Origin: the human T2T-CHM13v2.0 reference genome, Homo sapiens
Strand: one strand, 5' to 3'
DNA length: 64,000 nt
Assembly: GCF_009914755.1 (NCBI RefSeq)
Contig: NC_060941.1
Position 1 is the stretch's first letter. Each line of letters opens with the position of its first letter. Under the pieces are notes generated by a model. It searched no databases. It had not been told where the DNA came from and saw nothing but the letters and a program-made list of their open reading frames with translations. The translations under genes were made by a program, and so were the position numbers. This document shows positions 49,617 through 64,000 of this stretch, piece after piece.

Positions 49617-51845
49617 TGGCGCCTGGGAAAGCCACCAGGCTTCCAGGGGCCCCTGTTACTCTCCTCATGACCCAAATGCCACAGCTCCCCCATTGAACAC
49701 CCCTGAAAGAACACTTAGAAACAGCCCAGGGGAATGATACAGGGGGGTTGCAGGACTTCCCATTCACCCAGGAAGAGGAGTGGGAGGCAGGTAACTGAGA
49801 AAGGATGGCAAAGCTTCTAGGCTGCATGCCCAGCCGGCTGAGTGTTTAGGGATACGAGAGAGGACAGCAGGTGAAAGGTACCTGAAATGGGGTTAGAGGG
49901 AGACAGTCTTGATGTGCAGTTGTCACAGGAAACCGTGAAGGAGCTGGTGTGAGCACTGCTGAGCTGGGCCGGGTCTCTGCAGAGGCAGAAACGAGAGATG
50001 AACAAACAGAACCGACCACTCCTTTCGGACCCCTCTGCAACATGGTCGCTGCAGCTCGGGCGGCACTGGACAGGTGGGCGCCACAGAGCGAGGGGGCCGG
50101 CAGAGAAGGGTGGGACTCCCTTGCAATTCTGACATCTCCCTTCAGCTCTCCATCCAGAGAGATGTTTTTATGTAAGCAGTAGCCAGAGAGGGATTGGAGA
50201 TGCTAATTCCATTTCATTAGATCCCAGCAGCTTTCGATTACAGCAGGCCGGAGGGAGGAAACAGAGCCGATGTGTTTTTAGAAGCCGCAGTTTTGTTCTG
50301 TTTTTAATTTAATGCTGCTGGTCAAAAGATGCCACCTTGGAGTCGCTAATGATTCGCGTGAATTATTTTGGTTGATTTACACACCCCTTCGACTTTAAAT
50401 AACAAGGGAGGAAGGAGAGCTGGGTCCCCCCTGGAGCTGTGAGCCTGCAGCTGGAAGAGGATGCTGCCGACTTGAGGGTTTCTTTTTTTTTTTTTTTTTT
50501 CAATTGTTTCCTCCGTGCGGGGCTGGGCCCTGGGCATTTATAAACAGGGCACAAACTTGGGACACCAGACACCGTCCCCCTTGGACCACTGCCCTCCAAG
50601 CCGTGTCTTGCCTACCGTTCTTTCCCCAAAAAAAGCCAGTGGTTAGTGTATTAGAGTTGGTACAAGGTGTCAGACTTAGGACGAAGATCTTATATGCACA
50701 AACTCTGATGCTCACATTTATGCTGAGAATTAGTGTGACATTCCCTGTGTCCCTGAGGAAGAAAACAAAGCTCTGAGTGGTTTAGGAGCTTGCTCAAGGC
50801 TGCCTCACTAGGAAGTGGCAGAGACAGCAACCAAACTCACGCACAGCAGGGCCTTTCGGGTTTGGTTCAGTATTGCACCTGGAGTCCTACAGGAAATGAA
50901 AGAGTAATGGACCCAGATTTGTCTGAATCCAGAGTCGAAGCCCTTCCCATTTTTCTGGAGGACCAGTGGTCTCCAAAGGGACTGGGCTGACCAGAAAGGC
51001 CAAGACCAAAGGCTGAAGGGAGTGGAACCCTCCCTTCCAGACCCCCAGCATCCGATGGGCATCTGAGCAGCAGCTTCACCCAGGGCCGCCTGGCAGGGGT
51101 TTGATCATGTGCCTGTCTGCCAGGAAAACAGTTTGAGGGTTGGAACAAGTGTCCAAAAGGAGCCTTCATTTATCTTGATTCCCAGCTCATCTCCATCAGG
51201 GGAAACGTCTCCTGTCTGCCCCTGCCCCTCTCTTTTTTCTTCCCTTCAAAATAAAATTAGAGGCAGCCGGGAAGAGCATTAAGTCCTTTCCAAATTTCCC
51301 TTTCTCATCCGTCATGTCCAGGCCGGAGCTTCGAGGCTGCACTGGGAAGTGAGGGTCTCTCTGCTGGGAGCAGCAAATGGCAGACAGGGGGCTGGCAAGG
51401 AGGGAGGAACCCAGCTCAGGTGACCAGGGAGAGGCCTGGCTTCTCCATCATCAGGCGGTCAGGGCAGCTGCATATGTGATTCAGGCCAGCAGGAGGCTTT
51501 GAGGCCGGCTGGGCCAAGGCAATCAGGAAAACCACCAGAATCAGGAGGAGAGAAATAGAGGCCCCCGGAAGCCTCGTGACTTTCCCATCAGGGAGGAGCA
51601 ATCAGTGTATATGCAAAGTGCTGCAGATTGACATCACAGGCATTTCATCCGGGGACTCAAGCCGGGAGAAACAGGGACTACAAAGGTGGAAGTCCCAGGT
51701 TCAAATCCCAGCTCTGCTACTTACTAGTTCTGTGGTCTCAGGCAAGTTATTGCACTCCCTTCAACCTCCATTTGCTGATGAAAAACAAACCCGGCAGGAA
51801 GCGGATGGCACCTGCCAACAGGCTGACCAGAGGGCCTTAACCAAG

Positions 51846-52024
51846 GGACCAGGAGCAGCTACATAACCAACAGATCTGGAGCAAAGTGAAAATGTGAGCC
51901 CCATGGTTAAAAAGTGTTAAGAATTTCAAGATGATAACAGCGGAGCATTAGACCAGGAATGGGCCCTTCTAAGCGCCGGGCCCAGGATGACGTCATGGGT
52001 CACAGGCCCACAAAGCTGGCCTTG
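51846..52024 (-). mobile_element. MER45A-like hAT-Tip100 element
   Basis: GCAAAGTGAAAATG, TTAAGAATTTCAAGATG, GAGCATTA, GGGCCCTTCTAAGCG. Confidence 0.7.
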
Positions 52025-53294
52025 GAAGGGGCTTTTTACCAAGATGTGGGCAGGGTTTAGGGAAACCACTCCTTGTGCGACAAGTGAGTGGCCTGGAGAA
52101 AGCATAGCTGTCCCTTCGCTGTAGAAGGCCTCAGAATGGGAACAGAGCTTTGACAGGGGTCGGAGGGCTGGGGAAATTCCCACCCTCTCTCTGTGACCTG
52201 AGTCGGGAGCCTAGTGATGCGGTCCACGGAGCTCTGCCTCCGAGCGCAGAGCAGCGGGAGAAGGGCTGAGGGTGGCTATGGGGATGAGCAGCTATCTGCC
52301 TCGCTGGGAGGACCTCATGAATGTTTGTGCATGAAGGCGTCTAGCACAAGGAGGCCCTGTGAGAGCTATTCAGCTTCTTCCTGGAGCACTGATGACTTTC
52401 TTGTTCCTCTGCTCTAACTTGCTTCCTCTCTTGAGGGTGGACCCACTAGGAGACGTCTTTCCACTCCCTGTGGCATCTCCCAGCTGAGAACACAGCCAGT
52501 ACCTAGGTAATGGAAGTCATTGAATGAATCTGGTTGTGAGTGGGAGCCACCGGCTCAAGCTCTTTCACAGTGAATCTGGTGCTGCCCTGGAATCTGCATT
52601 CCCTGGTGAACAAGGACAAGGAGGGAGACACCGAGCAGGCCAGTGCCCACCAAGCTCTGAGTCTCATATGTCAGGTGCAAGCCGAGCCCCGCAGGACACA
52701 GCAGCCACACCCCAAGAGGTAAAGAAAGGGACTAGGATGAAAGTGAGAGAACTAAGGGCAGAGCTGAGGGGGCTCCAGGTGGAGGGTGAGGCTGGTAAAA
52801 ATTGGGGTGTTCCGGAAGCCAGATGCGGTCTGACTCCCTCCTGCAACCCCTCAGGGGAAGCCCCTGTGAGGGGCACAAACACTCTCAGCACTGGAAACCA
52901 TGCGGTCACACCGCCAACATGTTAGCCAAGTGCCATCTGCCTGGGAACAGCCTCCTTCTGTGCAGAAAGCTTGTCATGCCTCCTGGTGGTGCCAGCTGCA
53001 GGCTGTGTGCTTGGGCAGCTGGCACTACCCTTGGACCTGCTCTCCCCTTCCAAGGAAGACAGTGACCTTGCCAAGGTGAAAGTATGAAACCAAGCACAGG
53101 GCTCCCAGATCAGAGGTGTGGCTCAGCAACGCTCTAAAATTGGGTCCAGCTTTGGAAGACCCAGTGTCCTCTCTGCTGGTCAGGCAAGGTCACACCGCCA
53201 GGGGCTCAGCTCCCCAGATGCCCTCTGTGCAATGCTGAGCCCTGAGCTGGTGCTTTACTTCTCCACATATCCACGCTCTGCCTCTCCATAATCA

Positions 53295-53745
53295 CGGTTT
53301 GGTTCCCTAAGAAGCAGTTCCTGAGCGGATTTGAGCACAAATTGTTTATTTGAGAGGTACTGGCTATGGGGGGAGCCCCAGCAGGAGAGCAGGGAAATGA
53401 CCCAGAGAAGGGAAGGCAGCCAGGGAAGGGCTGTTCTAAGCCCACTGCCAAAGTGGGCACTAGGGCTGCATCCTGTGAGGAAACTGAGAAACAACGCAAA
53501 ACACAGGATCTGGAACCATCCACTCCCAAACCTACATAAGGGGTAAGCTGAGATGTTTATATGTCAACTCATGATGATCTTCAGCTGAGGGCTGCTTCTG
53601 GGAGATGGTCATTCTAGGCTTTTCTGGGGCCTCCCAATGCAGGGGTTGGAGGTACCAAGGCTGTGAGAGGCCAAAGCTGGCAGTTGAAAGTTAGCCCAAC
53701 CGTGCAAAAAGGGATAGAGTCATAACACTTACAGTGTCCGCTTCA
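53295..53745 (-). mobile_element. Old ERVL-type LTR (LTR67B-like)
   Basis: GGTTCCCTAAGAAGCAG..CCTGAG..GGATTTGAG..TTTATTTGAGAGGT..AGGGAAGGCAGCC. Confidence 0.5.
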
Positions 53746-54116
53746 CCCTCTAAGCTCCCCTGTGCATTCATAGCATCCCAAAAGCATTTATTAAGCACTT
53801 CCAGTTTGTACCAAGTTTAGAAGAAGATCCAAAGAAGACTCAGTTATGTCTGAACCTAATGGTCAGATGGGCGCACAGCAAAGCCATCGCCGTGCAACCT
53901 CACAGCAAAGGCAAGCCAACATCAGAGCGCAGAAGAGGGAGTAGGGAAGTGGAGAAAGCTTCCATAAAAAGAGAAACCTTTGCTCCTGATGGCTTTTAAT
54001 ATCACCTATATGTTAATAACTCTCAAATTTATATTTCAGCCTGAACTGCTTCCCTGAATTTCAGACTTGTAGACCTGACTGCCTACTTCCTTCTGCTTGT
54101 ATGTTTCATGCAGATC

Positions 54117-54963
54117 TGTATTTGTTATCTTGCTGGCTAACAAATGACCCCAAAACTTAGCAGCTTAAAACGACTGGCATTTATGATCTCACAGGGTTTC
54201 TGAGGGTCAAGAATCCAAAAGAGGCTCAGCAGGGTGGTTCTGGTCTGGAGTCTCTCATGAGACTGCAGTTGAGATGTTGACCAGGGCTGCAGTCATCTGA
54301 AGGCTGGACTGGGGCTGGAGGATCTGCTTCCAAGATGATGTATTCATGTGGCTGCTGGCTGGAGACTTCAGGTTCTTCCCACACACCCTCTCCATAGGGC
54401 TGCTCATCATATCACAGCTGGCTTCCCCCAGAGCAAATAACCCAAGAAAGAAAGGGAGACAGAGAATGAGACAGGCAGGGGGTACAGTCTTTTACAACCT
54501 AATCTAAATACTGGCATAACATCACTTCTGTCACATTTTATTGGTCACACTGACCAACTCTGGTACAGTGTGGGAGGGGACTACACACAGGTGTGAATAC
54601 CAAGAGGTGGGGCCTGGCCAGTTGTAGTGGCTCACACCTGTAATCCCAACACTTTGGGAAGCCAAGGTGGTCAGATCACTCGAGCCCAGGAGTTTGAGAC
54701 AAGGCTGGGCAACATGGTGAGACTGCATCTCTACAGAAAAATATTTTTTTAAATGTATCTGGATATGGTGGTGCATGCCTATAGTCCCAGCTACTCAGGA
54801 GGCTAAGGAGGAGGATCACTTAAGCCCAGCAGGTTAAGGTTGCAGTGAGCCATGATCACACCACTGCACCCCAGCCTGAGTGATGGAGTGAGACTCTATC
54901 TCAAAAAAAAAAAAAAGAAAATGGTTATGGTCACTGGGGTCATATTGAAGGCTGGTGACCACA
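54117..54963 (-). mobile_element. MLT1F-like LTR containing AluJ
   Basis: AACAAATGACCCCAAAACTTAG, GGGCTGCAGTCATCTGAAGGCT, GAATACCAAGAGGTGGG; TSD AGATC/GGATC. Confidence 0.78.
54616..54921 (+). mobile_element. AluJ
   Basis: GAGCCCAGGAGTTTGAGAC, GAGGATCACTTAAGCCCAG, poly-A. Confidence 0.92.
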
Positions 54964-55537
54964 GGATCTTAAACTTAACATGCCCGAAATGGAACTCCCA
55001 AAGTTTCTGCCTTCGTGCACAAAGCCATCTGCACTGTCTTCCTCATCTCAGTGAGAATGGCAAATCCATCTTTCCAGCTGCTCAGGCCAAACACTTGGAG
55101 ACATCCTTAACTCCTTCCCTTCCATCCACTTACATCTAATCCTTCAGCAAATCCTGGTAGCTGTCCCTTTAAAATATATTGGAATTCTGACCACTTTCCA
55201 CCACCCTCATTGCTGCCATCCTGATTTAAGGCACCTGCCTTATCATCTCTCACCTGGATGATTGCAATGGCCTCCCCAGCAGTCTCCCTGCTTCCATCTT
55301 TGAGCCCCCTGCAGTCATAGTGATCCTGTTAAAATGCATTACTCCTCTGCTTGAAACCCTCTCATGAGGGCAGAAAATCCTCACAGGGCCCTTCACCGTC
55401 TGACCCCACCACCACCATCCTAATCTCACATCCTATGACTGCCCTGCACCCTCCATCCGGCCCCCCTGGATATTGCTAGCATACTCCTGCCTCTGACCCT
55501 TTGCACTTGCTCTTCCCTCTGTCTAGAAAGCTGTTCC

Positions 55538-55913
<376 letters not shown>

Positions 55914-56199
55914 TTATGCAGTGCCCCCTGCTTGGAAGGCCTTCCCCGACCACCCTATTTATAAACTTCCTATTCCCTTCTTTGCCTTTGTTCTTCTTCT
56001 TAGCATGTTTCACCACCTCCAAACCATCTATTTTATTTGTTTTTCTTACTTGTCTGTCTCCCCCACAGATCGTAAGCTCCATGAAGATCCCTGTCTGTTT
56101 TTTCACTACTCTATTCATAGCATCTAGAATTGTGGCTGACTCATTCAGGATGCTAAAAAATATTTGTTGAATCACCAGAAGGAGGGAACATGAAGAAAA

Positions 56200-56720
56200 G
56201 TATTTCAGTTATCTACCACTTCATACCCATCCACCTTAACTAGGATGCCTAAAACAACAACAATCATGTATTTGGCTCCTGAATATGCAATTTGGGCAGA
56301 GTCTGGGAAGACAGCTGATCTCTGCTCACATGACATAGGCTGGGGAAGCTCAAAGGCAGGGGTGACCCAACAGTGGGGGCTGGAGTCATCTCAAAGCCAT
56401 CACTGCTCTCTGGTGGTTGTTACTGGCTGTCACCTCTGACCTCAGCTGGGTTCATCAGCCAGAACCCTACCCTGGCCTCTTCATGTGCTGTTGGCTTCCT
56501 CACAATACGGTGAGTTCTAAGAGCACTGCCCCGAGAGGCAAGTAGGGCAAGCTTCCCATTTCTGAAGGCCTTGTCCCAGAAACAAATGCAGTGTCATTGC
56601 CACCATTTTCTACCGATGAAGTGGTCACAGAGCCTGGATTCCAGGGGAAGAGACATAGACTCCACCTTCCAATGGAGAAGCAACAAAGAATTGTAGGGCC
56701 ATGTTTTTAAGACCACCACA
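56200..56720 (-). mobile_element. MLT1H/I-like LTR
   Basis: GCAATTTGGGCAG, TGGCCTCTTCATGTG..GCTTCCTCACAA, GGATTCCAGGGGAAGAGACATAGACTCCACCT. Confidence 0.6.
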
Positions 56721-57061
56721 TAAAGGAAGAGAAAGAAAACCTTTCCCAGGCCCCCCGACTTGTGCCGAGCTCAGCGTAGGATGTTTGCAATCATCAATAC
56801 ACAGGTAAGGGCTTGCCCGCATGCTGTATCATAAAAAGCGGCACGCATCTGGTGTGCTTCTGTCCTGGCCCATGAACCCAGCGCTCACTATGAACTCAAA
56901 CGTCTTTGCTGTAAGTCACACTGCCTTTCAGAGATCATCTAGCTTTCTTGTTGTAAGATTCCAGGAGGATAACACACTATTCCCCAGAGAAGGTATTCAG
57001 TATCAGGCCAGGGTGTGCTGAGACATTCCCAGAGGGATAAGTTACAGACTAACCCAAATGA

Positions 57062-57426
<365 letters not shown>

Positions 57427-57430
57427 AGAT

Positions 57431-57655
57431 CAGGATTTCTTAACTGGGGTTCTGTCGACATTCTGGGTCAAATCATTCTGTTTGGGGGCTGTCCTGTGTG
57501 CGTTATAGGATGCTTAGTGGCACCCCCAGCCTCCACTCTCTAGATGCCAGTAGCAAGTCCCCCAACCCTTCTGCAGCTATGACAACCAAAATGTCTCCAG
57601 ACATCAGCAACCTTCACCTTGGGGGCAAAATAACCCCCAGATGAAAACTGCTGGG
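57431..57655 (-). mobile_element. MER20
   Basis: GGGGGCTGTCCTGTG, TAGATGCCAGTAGCA, TGACAACCAAAATGTCTCCAGACAT, GGGGGCAAAAT. Confidence 0.85.
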
Positions 57656-58311
57656 TTAGAGTGATGCTTAAAGTATTATTTGCAGTATTTTCTCAGTTCT
57701 GGATCTGTTTGAAGTCTTCTCCCCTGGCTCAGTTAGAGCTCCTGAACCCTTTCATCTTCTAGACACCGTGAACCATGTACTTGACCATGTGGCCCATTTC
57801 ACTGTGATTATTGGAAAACTTAGAATCAAAGATGTTTCAGGGTGTATCCCACAGGGACATGCATCTTTAGTCTTATGTCTGCTCCATTTTACATCATTTC
57901 TTCTTTGACCAAACTCTTCATTTATGCAAGTCTTCTTATATTTTATGCATTCTTTTTATCTGTCCTAAATCTTTTCTAGAAGAAGGGAGAGTACAAAGAG
58001 CTAAATAAATAACTGCAGTCAGGGTAAATATTCATGGAGATGACGTCAGAGAGAGGCAGACACCTGCCTGGAGGGAAATAGGACAAACAGAGCATGAAGG
58101 CTTGTCGAGAAGGCAAAACCAGACAGGTGGGAGCCAGACGATGTGTCTGGGCAGAGTGTGGGTCACCCAGAGGGGTCACTCTCCAGAGGGGAAGATTAGA
58201 GAGAAGATGGACAGAGGCTAGGGTGTCGAAACCCCTCCCCCAGGAAAGGATCTTGTTTTGTTGTATTTTCTGTTTACAGGAAAGTCAGGGGAAGGGAAGG
58301 GATGGTTTGTT

Positions 58312-58577
58312 CACTTGTTATTTTTGTTTCAGAGACAGAGTCTTGCTCTGTCTCCCAGGCTGGAGTGCAATGGCACAATCATGGCTTCCTGTAGCTTCAA
58401 CATCCCAGACTCAAGCAATCCTCCCACCTCAGCCTCCCAAGCACAGCTGGGACTACAGGCATTTGCATTTGCCATCGCATCTGGCATTTTTTTTTCTTTT
58501 TTTGTAGAGGCAGGGTCTCGCTATCCTCAGCCTCCCAAAGTGCTGGGATTACAGGTGTTTGCCACCATGCCGGGCCG
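58312..58577 (-). mobile_element. AluJ with left-arm deletion
   Basis: GGGTCTCGCTAT joined directly to CCTCAGCCTCCCAAAGTGCTGGG. Confidence 0.85.
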
Positions 58578-58599
58578 GGAAGGTGTTTTAATCAATAGC

Positions 58600-58820
58600 G
58601 TTTACCAACAACAAGACCCCACCTGCCACGTGAATGAGTCACCTTGGAAATGAATCTTCCAGCCCCAGTCCAGCTTCCTAAAGTGATGCTGCGTGGAGCA
58701 GAAATGGGCTGTCCCCACCACGCCTACCCAAACTGCAGATTCTTGAGCAAAATAAATGCTTATTGTTTTTAGACACAAAGTTTTAAATTGGCTTGTTGCA
58801 CAGCAATAGATAACTGGAAC
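58600..58820 (+). mobile_element. MLT1 LTR 3' part
   Basis: CCAAACTGCAGATTCTTGAGCAAAATAAATG..GCAATAGATAACTGGAACA. Confidence 0.65.
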
Positions 58821-59229
58821 ATCTTTAAATAACTGTCAATCAACCCCTCCCAGACTCCGTTTCCTTATCTGAATTGTGAGCCTTCAAGGGTCCATGGAGT
58901 GCCTGGCATGGGGAAGGGCCTCCTCTGCCAGCAGGTGTTTGATATGACTGCAAAGGCAGGCAGGTACTAAGCCAAAACACAGCCGTGCCTCCAGTACGGC
59001 TGGAGGACAACACAGATGTGAAACTGAAAGACGGTGGAATAAGCGTGCATTCACTTAGAAATGAGGGCTGGAGCTCCTACCGTGTGCCCAGGGAAGGAGT
59101 AGAAGGAAGTACAGAACTGTGGGAAGCAGACGGCGGGGAAATCCCACACTGCTCAGTCCTGGCCCATTTCCTCCCTCTCTTCTCTCTCCCTAGGGTTCTC
59201 ATCTCTGCCAGCCACATCTTAATTTTTGT

Positions 59230-60620
<1,391 letters not shown>

Positions 60621-60625
60621 TGTAG

Positions 60626-60945
<320 letters not shown>

Positions 60946-61162
60946 TAAAAATTAAATGTTTTGGAAAGGGCAAAAATAATTGTGGGGCAGATGCTGAGAG
61001 GCGAGATGGTTAGTACTCGCTAGAAAACCTGGGCAGCATTTTATGAGGTGGGTGGGACTTGAGGTGACCTTAAAGGAGGGGTAGATTTTTGTGTTGATGG
61101 AGGCATTTGGAAGGACATTCTGGGTGGGTGGAACAGACCAGAATAAACCAAGAGGTGAGTAT

Positions 61163-61165
<3 letters not shown>

Positions 61166-61217
<52 letters not shown>
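61166..61217. repeat. Perfect (GT)26 microsatellite
   Basis: Uninterrupted GT run. Confidence 0.97.
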
Positions 61218-61220
<3 letters not shown>

Positions 61221-62249
61221 GGATGACAGGAGGAGATGGGCCAGACTAGCAGAGATGCAGGTTGGGAAAAGGTGGGACATCAGGTCAGCCAGCAAGGGTA
61301 GATGATCAAGGGTCTTGAAGGCAGGTGGAGGAGTCGGCATGTGAAAGGCATGGGAGATTTCAGAGCAGAGTGGTGATCCCAGGCAGGCATTCAGCAGGGC
61401 AGCGAGTAGCAAAGCCTCGCGGCAGAGCGGGTGGGACACAGGAGTGTGGATGGCTGGAGGCAGAGAGGAGGCTGGTCAGCATCCAGGCATGCACCACCGA
61501 GGACCAGGAGGGAGGGCAGAGAGGACAGAGAGGGCAAGGTGGATAAGGAGGCATTAAGGAAAGAGCCATCCCCCAACTGGGTGGCTGTTGTCTGCAGAGG
61601 ACCACACAGGAAGGTCCCCCTCCACACTGGAATGTCAAGAGCTGGTCTGTCAGACAGAAGGCAAAAGACACCAGTGCCATTTCCCCAGCTCTGACACTGC
61701 ATGGCTCCATGCTCTGCTCTGTGCCCCCTTCCAGCCGAGTGGATCAATACCAGCCATCAGGGCTGAGCCAAGAGACGGAGGACAAGGTTAGCTGTCTGTA
61801 GGGAACGCATGGAACACCCAGAGCAGGGCTGCCTGGGTGACTTATTGCTTATTAATAATATAAATATGTAAATGTTACGAGGGCCATATTGATCCCAACA
61901 TATGAGCCATCCATCATGAGAGTGCAGAACAGGGTGTTATAAATATCAAATAATAAGTCTGCAGCCCAAGACTTATCAATATAGGTGGTCTAAGGCTGGG
62001 ACAGTCCCCAAGGCAATTTTATAATGAGAGCAACTCCAGCAACCTCCCGCCACCACCCCCGCCACAGTGTGTGTGGTTTGTGAGGGGGAGGGAGAGACAG
62101 AGGACCCCTCAAATGGAAAGGAGATATTCATATGCAGGGATTCTAGAAAGAGAGCCTCCCCTTTTCTCCTTTACCATGGCAGGAAAAGCCGTCATCTGAG
62201 CTCCCCAAATCTCCACCCCGGGGTAGAGAGGGTTTCTCATCCCCATGTA

Positions 62250-62480
62250 TGCTGAGGCAACATAGCCTAAGGTTTAGCACGTGGGTGTGGAGTCAGGGAG
62301 ACCTGGGCATGGAATCCTGCCCTGCCCACTGTTTGCCAGCTTCGTCAACTTCACAAGTTTAACTGCTTGAAGCATTGGTTTTACTCATCTGTAAAATGGG
62401 AATGTTGACAGCAATCGGCAAGGTTGTGAACATTAAATGGGTCAACGTCTATAACCACCAGTGTCCATGGTAGGTATGAC
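62250..62480 (+). mobile_element. MIR
   Basis: GGAGTCAG..GACCTGGG..GAATCCTG, CTCATCTGTAAAATGGGAAT, GGTTGTGAACATTAAATG. Confidence 0.75.
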
Positions 62481-62519
62481 TACTATGCAGAGTGGCCAGG
62501 GGCTCCTGGTGCCATGAGA

Positions 62520-62878
62520 CCTATTAGCCTGTTCTCACAGTGCTATGAAGAAATACCCAAGACTGGGTAATTTATAAAGAAAAGAGGTTTAATTGACTAA
62601 CAGTTCTGCATGGCTGGGGAGGCCTCAGGAAACTTGCAATCATGGCAGAAGGCACCTCTTCACAGGGTGGCTGGAAAGAGAACAAGTGCCAGCAGGGGAA
62701 ATGCCAGACGCTTATAAAACCATCAGATCTCGTGAGAACTCGCTCACTCTCACGAGAACAACATGTGGGAAACTGCCAGCATGATCCAATTACCTCTGCC
62801 TGGTCCCACCCTTGACGCATAAGGATTATTACAATTCAAGGTGAGATTTGAGTGAGGACACAGAGCCAAACCATATCA
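62520..62878 (-). mobile_element. THE1D-like solo LTR
   Basis: AGACTGGGTAATTTATAAAG, GCAGGGGAAATGCCAGACGCTTATAAAACCATCAGATCTCGTGAG, CCAAACCATATCA; TSD-like GAGAC/GAGGC. Confidence 0.85.
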
Positions 62879-63414
62879 GAGGCATGACGCTGAACAGCTC
62901 CAATCCAGAGTGTCCCATCACTACCTCCAGAAGATGTGCCCAGTAAAGTGACATCACACTTGAGGAAGGAGCAGCCTAACCCTAGCCATACCCCTCAAGC
63001 CCCAGTTTGGTTTTCCTGGTGGATTTCAGTTTGAATGCCCACACAGCTCGTGAAGGCACAGGACATGGGGCTCGGAAATCAGCCGGTCCTTACGCGGTCT
63101 CTGCCTTCGGGAATTTCAAGCTACAGTGGGGGAAGGGACCAGAACACCTAAAACCTGAGGCTGAGCAAGTGCTGTTGGAGGGGTGCTGAGTGCTCCAGGG
63201 GCTTAAAGAGCAAGGTCATGTCCAGCTGAGGGGAGTCGAGAGGGGCTTCCTGGAAATGAGCCGAGAGTCGGCAGCAAAAGGAGGGAGTGGATCCAAGCTC
63301 ACCCACCAGCCTGGGCCCCGTGCAGAGCAGGAGCTGGACGGGATGTTCCTGTTCTTAGCAAACGCGGAGGGAGCCCAGACCTATGGCTATGAGCCTGTGC
63401 CCGAGCCTGTGCCC

Positions 63415-63570
63415 AATCCTGGGAGATATTTCATTCATCATAATTTTTTTTGCGTTAATGTTGGCTTTTGATTATTTTTATATTGCATTAAAATATTATT
63501 TATCTTGATTACTGCATTTTTGGTGTCCCCTTAAACTTTGTGTCCAGCATGATGCCTCACCCCACCCTCA
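63415..63570. mobile_element. hAT element fragment (MER96B-like)
   Basis: TAAAATATTATTTATCTTGATTACTG..CCCCTTAAACTTTGTG..TGCCTCAC. Confidence 0.5.
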
Positions 63571-64000
63571 GCTCTGCAAGTGACTGCATTTTCTGGGATT
63601 ATTCCCCCTGCTTACCAGCTCTCGGCTTCCAGTTATCCAACCCACTTTCAGCTGGCTCCAACTCGACCTTCCTAGTCTTCTAGACTCTGACTCCATCTCC
63701 CCACTGCCCACCCCAGCCCCCATGGTCTCACGACCCACCTCAGTGACGATCAGCCTTTGCATCTGGTGGCGGAGGCAGTGCAAGGAGGAGAGCTCCTGCC
63801 ATCAATGCCTTCTCCCTAGGGAGTACCCGCATCAGCCCCAAGCTGCATGCTTTCTGGCACTATCTGGTTGCCCCTCACCCAGCTCCTGAGAGGTGGGCAC
63901 CGTCAGCCTCCTTTGTCAGGTGGGGAACCTGAGGCCCAGAGAGACTGTGGGACTCGCCAGATTCACACAGCTGGTTGAGCAGTAGTGGACCTGGGATGCG

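Noticed and set aside
52977-52992. CTCF-like CCACCAGGAGGCA on the minus strand
   Set aside because: Mismatches in the core; such matches are expected by chance in 64 kb

Overview
Primate (most likely human) non-coding genomic DNA, rich in interspersed repeats: Alu, L1 3' ends, L2, MIR, MaLR/ERVL LTRs, a two-LTR MST element, an LTR12C/ERV9 solo LTR and hAT elements (MER20, MER5, MER45). I find no credible protein-coding exon, RNA gene or CRISPR array; the ORF track is explained by chance, Alus and simple repeats, and I cannot assign the locus to a gene. The most unusual structures seen directly are: (1) a nested cassette at 12.9-14.8 kb, in which ~330-bp inverted arms end in a 16-bp palindrome and enclose a ~130-bp direct repeat and a POU-motif-rich unique core; (2) a 5'-inverted AluY with an intact TSD at 55.5-55.9 kb (twin-priming signature); (3) a ~230-bp dispersed duplication (44.6/49.4 kb) whose second copy preserves the empty site of an AluY. 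Several repeat-free, motif-dense islands are candidate enhancers. Repeat subfamily names are from recognition by eye and boundaries of old repeats are approximate. No new biological system can be established from the sequence alone.
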